From positions 1 through 64,000 of the forward strand of contig CALKHT010000056.1 of assembly GCA_937988825.1 (NCBI GenBank): DNA of 64,000 nt, in the 5' to 3' direction. Under the pieces are notes generated by a model that was not told the origin of the DNA, searched no databases, and saw only the letters and a list, made by a program, of their open reading frames with translations. The position numbers were made by a program, and so were the translations under genes. Positions 57,345-64,000 of this stretch are shown one piece after another. This DNA comes from an uncultured Phycisphaeraceae bacterium (GTDB taxonomy: Bacteria; Planctomycetota; Phycisphaerae; Phycisphaerales; Phycisphaeraceae). Numbering within the stretch: the stretch's first letter is position 1; each line of letters opens with the position of its first letter.

Positions 57345-59285
57345 TCACCTCGACGAGGCTGTTGCCACAGCAGGCCGACCCGCGTTCGCCCGTTGCAAAC
57401 GGTCGCGCAAACGCTTGCGAGCCTCGCTGAAAATGTTCAGTGCCTCATCACACGCCTGAATCATCCAGTCGATATTGTCAATATCGCGTTCGATCTGCTC
57501 CGCCTGCTTCGTGAAGGCATCGGCCGTATCGCTGCCCTGAATGCGGCGATCGGCCCGCGCTCGCCGGAACGCGCCCACCACATTCAGATCGTTCACCAGC
57601 GCAAATGCCTCGTTCAGTTCACCATGCACGCGTCGCTGAATCTGCCGCACCTTCGCGAAAAGCTTGTCCGAACGCATCCGATCGCGCTGATGTTCGAGCA
57701 ACTGTCGTAACAGTGGAATCGTTTTGCGCGAGAGGTGCTGCAGTTCACGCACCTCATCGATGCGGCGATCCAGCAGCTCAGCCGCGGCCCGCAGTTTTGT
57801 TACATTCAGCTCGGCGGGTGCCTGTGGCAGGGGCGGCACATCGCGTGTCGCATATTGTTGCAGTGCCTCCGCCAGCGTCATCACCGTGGTGCGCTTCTTA
57901 GGCAGGCCGCCTTCCGTCGCGTCGATGACCAATTGCGGCGCTTCGATGAAATCGCGCTCGAACTGCTTGAGATAGGTCACCATCTGCTCATCGGAGAAGA
58001 TGGGCCGATCGTGTACGTCCACCATGCGCTTGAGGTGGCCCTTGTGGCGCACGATGCGCTGCCATTCGAGCATATCGATCGTGTTGAACGGGTTCAGTTC
58101 GCACGCCCACACATCGTGAATCGCGGTGCCGGGACAGTAGTAAAGCCCATCGGAAAAGCCCAGATCCTGGCCGATCATGATGATCGGGTCGCAGCCCAGA
58201 TGTTGCGCCAGGTAGAACGACAGATGCGCAACGGTCGCGCCCTCCTTCATCTTCATGATGGTCGGCGCCAGATCGCCCAACATGCGATCGAGGAATCGGC
58301 TGCTCGTCACGCGCACCGGACCGGGGAATGCTTCCAGAATCGTCGGATGCGCCTTGGGCTCGGCCACCAGCGTGACATCGGGCAGCGGTGGCAGATCCTC
58401 ATAGAAGCGCCGGGAGATTTCCGAGTAATCCAGCGCCGTGACGAAGTCCGGCCGGATCCCGCGATCCAGCAGCGGCTTGAGCGTCGTCTGGGCGGCGATC
58501 ACCACGACGCGCTTGCGCACCGCCGGGTCGCGCAGCAGATCGACGTTCTTCGCAAGGCTCGGCCCCGCGCCGACGCACACGGCCGGGTAGCCCTTCGCCG
58601 CGTTGTGTAACTCGTTGATCGTCGCGCCGGCTGCGTAAAAGGGCAGATTGCTCGACTGGTTGAAACAGGTGCGTGTCGCGTTCACCAGTGCGGTGGCGAC
58701 GTTGGTGCGGCAGTAGGCGAGTACCTCCGTCACCAGCGAGGTGAAGCTGGAGATCGCCTCGGCGTGCCGCTGCCGCGTGGGTGGATGCGTGACCAGCACC
58801 GCCCCCTGCGTAACGGTAGCGGAGAAGCGATCGATGCGTTGCAGCAATCCGCCGCGATCGATCTCGCCTGTCACAAGAATGACGTTGGGACTTCGCAGCC
58901 AGCGCGAGTGATCCACGCGTTCCAGCACCGCCCGCAGCACCGGCAGGTCCGGCTCAAAGACGATGATCAGCGCGTTGCCATTGATCTTCTGCGCCAGGTG
59001 CGCCACATGATGCCCCACCGCCATGCCCAGCATGACGATGCAGGCGTGTTTGGTCAGATCAACCGGTGCGATGATGCGGGTTGCCTCCGCCAGTGGGTCG
59101 TACCGGCTGGCTAGCTGCAGCGTGCGGCCGTCCTCCACCACCGCTGCGGACAACAGCCCCTTGGGCGAGGTGGTCCAGGTCAGTGTGGCGGGCGCGGTCG
59201 CGGCAATGCGGTCCGCCAGCTCCGCGTCGCGCAGGCGCAGCGCAGCCAGATTCGCCGCCAGAACTTGTCCGGTCGATTCACTCAT
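57345..59285 (-). CDS. Motility-accessory-factor (Maf/DUF115) family glycosyltransferase, flagellin nonulosonic-acid glycosylation type
   Basis: DUF115/MptE-like core with VCVGAGPSL and IMIGQDLGF motifs; 646 aa with a C-terminal coiled coil. Confidence 0.65.
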   Translation of the reverse strand: MSESTGQVLAANLAALRLRDAELADRIAATAPATLTWTTSPKGLLSAAVVEDGRTLQLASRYDPLAEATRIIAPVDLTKHACIVMLGMAVGHHVAHLAQKINGNALIIVFEPDLPVLRAVLERVDHSRWLRSPNVILVTGEIDRGGLLQRIDRFSATVTQGAVLVTHPPTRQRHAEAISSFTSLVTEVLAYCRTNVATALVNATRTCFNQSSNLPFYAAGATINELHNAAKGYPAVCVGAGPSLAKNVDLLRDPAVRKRVVVIAAQTTLKPLLDRGIRPDFVTALDYSEISRRFYEDLPPLPDVTLVAEPKAHPTILEAFPGPVRVTSSRFLDRMLGDLAPTIMKMKEGATVAHLSFYLAQHLGCDPIIMIGQDLGFSDGLYYCPGTAIHDVWACELNPFNTIDMLEWQRIVRHKGHLKRMVDVHDRPIFSDEQMVTYLKQFERDFIEAPQLVIDATEGGLPKKRTTVMTLAEALQQYATRDVPPLPQAPAELNVTKLRAAAELLDRRIDEVRELQHLSRKTIPLLRQLLEHQRDRMRSDKLFAKVRQIQRRVHGELNEAFALVNDLNVVGAFRRARADRRIQGSDTADAFTKQAEQIERDIDNIDWMIQACDEALNIFSEARKRLRDRLQRANAGRPAVATASSR

Positions 59286-59418
59286 GCGGGCTTGGAACTG
59301 TTATCGGAGCGATGCGCCGCACCGCTTGAAAGTGGGTGGGCGGCTCTTCCGTCGTTCCAGCGGGCACTGACGATGCATCGGCCTTGCAGCCTCGGCGTTC
59401 CTGAACGATGATCATGGC

Positions 59419-60033
59419 ATGATGATCGCCCAGGTGTCGCTGCAGCGTCCGCCCTTCGTGCAGAACCTGCTGTTCGAGAATCCCTGGCCGCTGGTGATCG
59501 TGTTTCTGCTGACCGGCGTGACGATCGTCTTCGCCTCCCGGGGGCGCGGCGGATCGCGGCCGATGGTCATCGCAGGCTTGCTGTTCGCTGCCGCGCTGGG
59601 TGTCTATGCACTGACGTCACTCGTCACCACCACGCGCGAGCAGCTTGCCGAGCAGACGCGCGAACTGGTGCGGCGGGCGGGCACCGGCTCCAGTGCTTCG
59701 CTGGGTCAGCTTTTCACCGAACACGCCGTGCTCGCCGGGCCGGACGGCACTGTCTGGGTCAACCCCCTCAGCGCGATTCTCACCGAGTATGAAGGTGTCG
59801 TGCGACGCCACACCATGACCCACACCATCCGCAGCATCGACGCGGAACACACCGGCGGCAATCGCGGCCGAACGCTGCTGTTGGTCAGTTCCCGCGTACA
59901 CGAACTGGAACGTGCCATCCCCACACAGTGGCTGTTCGTCTGGCAGCGCGATGACGATGGCACGTGGCGCGTCATCGAAGCGCACTTCCTGCGCTTCGGC
60001 ACGCACCCGCCCACTCAGGGCATGTGGCGCTAA
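59419..60033 (+). CDS. Hypothetical membrane-anchored protein (NTF2/SnoaL-like C-terminal fold suggested)
   Basis: Two N-terminal TM helices; C-terminal WLFVWQRDDDGTWRVIEAHF, the kind of motif seen in NTF2-like/DUF4440 domains. Confidence 0.3.
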   Translation: MMIAQVSLQRPPFVQNLLFENPWPLVIVFLLTGVTIVFASRGRGGSRPMVIAGLLFAAALGVYALTSLVTTTREQLAEQTRELVRRAGTGSSASLGQLFTEHAVLAGPDGTVWVNPLSAILTEYEGVVRRHTMTHTIRSIDAEHTGGNRGRTLLLVSSRVHELERAIPTQWLFVWQRDDDGTWRVIEAHFLRFGTHPPTQGMWR

Positions 60034-60084
60034 CATTCAACCGGGGATACGTCGCCTAGTGCGGCCCCTACAAGGAACCGTTTC

Positions 60085-61026
60085 ATGAAACCGATCACCC
60101 GCACGCTTGCTTTTCTTTTCGTTGCTGTGTTGCTGACCGTACCGGCCCGCGCACAGGAAAGCACGGCCAACCTCCAGCCGAACTTCGTCGCCGGGCAGGT
60201 CAGCCGATTTGAACTGTGGTCGCTGCGTCAGCAGCACGTGACGATGCAGGTCGGTCGCGGCTCACGCGAGGCGGACACGCGCATCGAGATGAACGGCCAG
60301 ATTACCTGGACGGTCGACCGCGTCGAACCTACGGGCGGCGCGACCTGCACACTCGTCATCGACTGGCTCACGCTCAACGTCATCGCGCCGGATGGCAGCG
60401 TCATGAACAACGACTCGCGCCAGCCGCGCGGCGATATCGAAGTTGCTCATGGCATGTTGCGCGCGATGACCGGCACACCGCTCACCTTTACCGTCGCGGC
60501 GGACGGCTCAATCCTTTCCGTGCGTGGCCACGAGGCGGTCAACGCTCGCCTGCCTGAAGGTGCCCGAGCTTTGCCCGAAGCCGACTTTATGGAAATGGCG
60601 GTCGGCCTCGCCACCCTTCCTCACGCGCCCGCCGAAGCGACCATTGGCTCCGTGTGGAACCACACGTTCACCTCGTCACACGATCTTGGATGGATGAACG
60701 AGGAGTCACGTTACCAACTGGCGGGTATCGAGGAGATCGCCGGCATCTCCGTCGCGATGGTAAATACCACATCCAAACTGCGGCTGGAACCCGACCTCCA
60801 GAAGATGGGCGTCCCGCCCGAGGTACCGGTCACCGTTCGGATGAACAATGCCTCGTCGCAGGGGCAGATCATGTTCGACCTGTCCCGCCGCGAAGTCATC
60901 GGCCGCAACCATACGCAGTCCACCAGCATCCAGATCGAAACCCCCATTCCCAACACGCCCCAGCGCATCGTGCAGACGATCGACGAAACAGTCCAGAGCC
61001 AGGTGTTGCGCATCGCGGAGGAATGA
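60085..61026 (+). CDS. Hypothetical secreted protein
   Basis: Signal peptide MKPITRTLAFLFVAVLLTVPARAQE; no recognisable domain. Confidence 0.4.
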   Translation: MKPITRTLAFLFVAVLLTVPARAQESTANLQPNFVAGQVSRFELWSLRQQHVTMQVGRGSREADTRIEMNGQITWTVDRVEPTGGATCTLVIDWLTLNVIAPDGSVMNNDSRQPRGDIEVAHGMLRAMTGTPLTFTVAADGSILSVRGHEAVNARLPEGARALPEADFMEMAVGLATLPHAPAEATIGSVWNHTFTSSHDLGWMNEESRYQLAGIEEIAGISVAMVNTTSKLRLEPDLQKMGVPPEVPVTVRMNNASSQGQIMFDLSRREVIGRNHTQSTSIQIETPIPNTPQRIVQTIDETVQSQVLRIAEE

Positions 61027-61049
61027 TGCCAAGGGAGAAGACACAGCCA

Positions 61050-61276
61050 TGCAATGCAACCTCGATGCACGCGGCAAGGCGGTGCGACTGATCAGTGGCA
61101 TCATCGTAACGTTCATCGGCGTGGTGCTGGTGGCGCTGCTTCTGCTGGATGTGGTCGATTCGGGCTGGGCGTGGACCGGCGCGGTGGTGGCGCTATTGCT
61201 GGGCGCGTTTCAGATTTTTGAAGCCCGCAAGGGCTGGTGCGTGATCCGCGCGATGGGATTCCGCACCCCGATCTGA
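61050..61276 (+). CDS. DUF2892-like small inner-membrane protein (YgaP C-terminal-like)
   Basis: Two TM helices and the C-terminal GWCVIRAMGF motif (GWC...). Uses the internal M of listed ORF 60848..61276. Confidence 0.45.
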
Positions 61277-61415
61277 TGCAGTGAGTAATCAGTCATCAAT
61301 AATAAGTAATCATTAATCAATGAAGTCGTTCGCGGCTTCGAGCGGTCGTACTCTGGCGAATGGGCGCCAATAGATCGACCGATCCCCGCCACTTCCGCGA
61401 TACAATAAACATCCG

Positions 61416-62189
61416 ATGAACCTCGCAGGTACACTCGATCACGACTTGCGATGTCTCTCCTGCGGCTACAACCTCCGGGGACTGCCAACCGAAGGTTCCT
61501 GCCCGGAATGTGGCTCTTCCATCCAGACCAGCGTTGACGCTTATGCGATATACGGCCGGCAGAACGTGCAGGAAGTCGCCAGAGAGGCGTTGATCAGCCT
61601 GACCATATCCGCCGCCATGGTGCCGGCTACAACGGTTTGCTTGCCATTCTTTTTTATCACCGTTACCACGCTGGCGGCTTTTAATTTCGGTGTCGCGTAC
61701 AGTATTCTGCGACTCCGCCAAATGCTTGGGATCGGGAAACCAAAACGTGAGAAATGGATTTTCTCTGTGCTGGCATCGCTCACTTATGGTGGTTTGGCGG
61801 GGATTATTATTACGCGGCTGTTTCCTGTCATGAACATCTGGTCGTTCCATCGGCCAGGCCCGATCTTCATCGTCGGACTAATCGCCATCCAGGCCACTGG
61901 TCCGATGCTCGCATACCTCGGCCACCTTCTGCCCGAAACATTCGCCAACTGGCCCACCCGCCTCATGCTCAAAACGATGCACCTGCTCACCGCAGCTACT
62001 ACCCTCGCAGCGATTGCCTTGACGTTCAATATTGCGTGGGCTTTTTTGGGGGATGCTTATGGGTATGCGAATACGCTTGTGCTTATCTACAGCTATATCT
62101 TTCTCAACATACTTTGCATCGCGTGGATTATCGTCTTCCTCATCCTTTGCCGCAGGGTGAAAAAACTTGCGCATCCCAAACCAGCCTGA
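61416..62189 (+). CDS. Hypothetical polytopic membrane protein with N-terminal zinc-ribbon motif; low-GC codon usage
   Basis: CLSCGYNLRGLPTEGSCPECG followed by about 6 TM helices. Gene GC is visibly lower than its neighbours (many TTT/ATT/AAA codons). Confidence 0.5.
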   Translation: MNLAGTLDHDLRCLSCGYNLRGLPTEGSCPECGSSIQTSVDAYAIYGRQNVQEVAREALISLTISAAMVPATTVCLPFFFITVTTLAAFNFGVAYSILRLRQMLGIGKPKREKWIFSVLASLTYGGLAGIIITRLFPVMNIWSFHRPGPIFIVGLIAIQATGPMLAYLGHLLPETFANWPTRLMLKTMHLLTAATTLAAIALTFNIAWAFLGDAYGYANTLVLIYSYIFLNILCIAWIIVFLILCRRVKKLAHPKPA

Positions 62190-62257
62190 AGGGACAATGG
62201 TGTGTGCGTGTATAGATGTTTGCGACTTAGCGCGTCTGTGCCGAGGATGTACCCCAT

Positions 62258-62872
62258 TCATTTCACGCCAACACCACAATACGTATATCCACCCAATCGT
62301 GTTACCCCTTTCAGATAGAACTCGTCCATTGTCTGAATCGTCAGTGCATTGGTAATGATCGCACGCATATCGCGGTTGAGGTTGCATCCGCCGCCAACGG
62401 CGCGGTTGATCGGGTTGAGTCGGTGTTGCCAGCGTTGCAGGTTCAGGTTGTCGCGCGCCAGGCCATGCTCCACGAAAAGGAATCGCCCGCCGGGTGTGAG
62501 CACACGCCGCACCTCGCGCATCGCCGCCGCCACATCGTCGATGCTGCACAGCGTCCAGGTGCTGATCACCGTGTCGAACGTGTCATCCTCAAACGGCAGT
62601 CGCTCGGCTGACGCGGTGTAGTGATCGATGAGCACGTCCGTCTCAGCCGCACGTCGCTGCGCGAATCGATGCATGCCCGGGTTCACATCCACACTGCTGA
62701 TGTGTCGCACCGCAGCCGGATAATAGGAAAGGTTCAGCCCTGTCCCCAGGCCGATCTCCAGCACGCGCCCGGCCGCCTGCCCCACCACCCGCTGTCGCAT
62801 CCGCGCATGGGACTCCGACCGCATCACGCGGTCGATTATCCACGGCAACACACAGCGACCATAAACACCCAT
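62258..62872 (-). CDS. Class I SAM-dependent methyltransferase
   Basis: VLEIGLGTGLN (motif I), DTVISTWTLCS, GGRFLFVEH (Methyltransf_11-like). Confidence 0.7.
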   Translation of the reverse strand: MGVYGRCVLPWIIDRVMRSESHARMRQRVVGQAAGRVLEIGLGTGLNLSYYPAAVRHISSVDVNPGMHRFAQRRAAETDVLIDHYTASAERLPFEDDTFDTVISTWTLCSIDDVAAAMREVRRVLTPGGRFLFVEHGLARDNLNLQRWQHRLNPINRAVGGGCNLNRDMRAIITNALTIQTMDEFYLKGVTRLGGYTYCGVGVK

Positions 62873-62931
62873 GTATCCATTGTACGACAGCTACTTGCTG
62901 CTTCCCGCAGCAACACATCGGTACAATCAAT

Positions 62932-63960
62932 ATGACCGCCGCCAGCACGATGTGCGATGCATACAACCTCCGGGGACTTCCTGCTGATGGCTCCTGTCCG
63001 GCGTGCGGCTGCATTGTCAGCTACCGATTCAGTCAACGCATCTCTCAGCCACACGTTATCCTGACGTACATGGGGCTTCTCGTTTTATTCGCGGTGGCGG
63101 CGCTGGTGATCGTGCTGGTGGGCACGACGACGCTGGTGCGCCGCATGATTCGGCCGCACCGCAAGAGCCTGGCCTTCGCAATTGCACGGCAGTTACCCAC
63201 GGAGCCGGCGGAGCTGGGGCTGACCGGCGAGGAGATCACACTCCGGTATGAGGATGGTACGAGCGCACCGGGGTGGGTGATCAAGGGAAAGTCGCCCGAG
63301 GGGCCGCTGGTCGTACTGACGCATGGCTGGGCGAACAGCCGGTACGGGTCACTGTCGAAGGCGACGGCGTATGTGCCCTATGCCAGTCGGGTGGTGGTCT
63401 ATGATGTGCGCGGCCATGGTGATTCCACCGCGCACACGACCACGCTGGGTGTGCGCGAGGCGGAGGATCTGCTGCAACTGCTCAATCAGGTCAACCGCGA
63501 CGGCCGACCGGTTGTACTCGTTGGTTCTTCGATGGGGTCGACGGCAACACTGCGGGCGGCGGCTGCGTTGTCGCGCGACGATGCGCCGCATCGACTGGCG
63601 GCAGTGATCCTGGACGGCCCTTACTGCCGCGATGCCGAACCGGTGGCAGCCCGGCTGCGACGCGATCGCCTGCCCGCTCAGCCCTTCGCCTGGCTGGCAA
63701 CGCAGGTGCTGCGACAGCTCATCCCCGGCTATGGCAGCTACGACGGCCCGCAACTGGCAGCCCAACTGCGATGCCCGCTGCTCGTGCTGCACGGCTGCGA
63801 CGACCCGATCTGTAACATCGCCTCCGGTCGACGCATCGCCCAGTCGGCACCGCGCGGCCGCATCGTCGAGTTCCCCGGCGCCGGCCACGGCGGACTCTGG
63901 CATGTGGATGCGAAGCGCTATGCTGAGGCGTTGCGCAGTACCTTGTTTGCAGGGGAATAA
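62932..63960 (+). CDS. Alpha/beta hydrolase with N-terminal zinc-ribbon-like motif and TM anchor
   Basis: N-terminal CDAYNLRGLPADGSCPACG, one TM helix, then VLTHGWANS...GSSMGS (GxSxG nucleophile elbow)...LHGCDDP...GAGHG. Confidence 0.65.
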   Translation: MTAASTMCDAYNLRGLPADGSCPACGCIVSYRFSQRISQPHVILTYMGLLVLFAVAALVIVLVGTTTLVRRMIRPHRKSLAFAIARQLPTEPAELGLTGEEITLRYEDGTSAPGWVIKGKSPEGPLVVLTHGWANSRYGSLSKATAYVPYASRVVVYDVRGHGDSTAHTTTLGVREAEDLLQLLNQVNRDGRPVVLVGSSMGSTATLRAAAALSRDDAPHRLAAVILDGPYCRDAEPVAARLRRDRLPAQPFAWLATQVLRQLIPGYGSYDGPQLAAQLRCPLLVLHGCDDPICNIASGRRIAQSAPRGRIVEFPGAGHGGLWHVDAKRYAEALRSTLFAGE

Positions 63961-64000
63961 ACGCCAGGGCGCCAAGACTCCTTGACGTCGAAGCTCAATC

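Noticed and set aside
1-64000. Search for transposases/integrases, CRISPR arrays and rRNA
   Set aside because: None found: no DDE/tyrosine-recombinase-like ORFs, no regular repeat-spacer arrays, no rRNA-like segments.

Overview
High-GC (about 62-65%) bacterial chromosomal segment on mostly conserved backbone; the taxon is a guess (possibly Planctomycetota/PVC-like, suggested by a PEP-CTERM protein, paired rhomboids and flagellar genes). Housekeeping genes supported by the sequence: rpoC (5' part), rpoB, nrdR, glyS, trpD, tsaB, der, deoC, folP, ftsY, rtcA, flgM and one tRNA-Gly(UCC). Three accessory blocks stand out. (1) A co-directional cluster at about 14.1-25.7 kb: NfeD/YqiJ-like, flotillin (SPFH), a giant 1850-aa protein with a MoxR/AAA_5-like ATPase, a PspA/IM30-like protein (ESCRT-III superfamily) and a classical-clade AAA ATPase. 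This is a candidate membrane-remodelling/stress system in which the PspA plus classical AAA pair recalls ESCRT-III/Vps4. (2) An NHLM-type peptide export locus at 28.2-38.0 kb: three tandem double-glycine-leader precursor peptides (one with a Nif11-like leader) whose cores lack Cys and carry few Ser/Thr, plus TolC-like, cNMP-binding, HlyD, C39-peptidase ABC and second ABC genes. A Cache-domain adenylate cyclase lies next to it and no modification enzyme is evident. (3) A HEPN plus degenerate-MNT-like pair sits between rpoB and rpoC. Other observations: a flagellin-glycosylation-like set (Maf, CMP-sugar cytidylyltransferase, an odd fusion protein), several AT-rich intergenic motif families, a CGAAT/ATTCGCG-rich palindromic repeat family, an acidic/Arg-rich gene pair, and a low-GC membrane-protein gene sharing an N-terminal zinc-ribbon motif with a neighbouring hydrolase. 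No CRISPR array, rRNA or recognisable transposase was seen.
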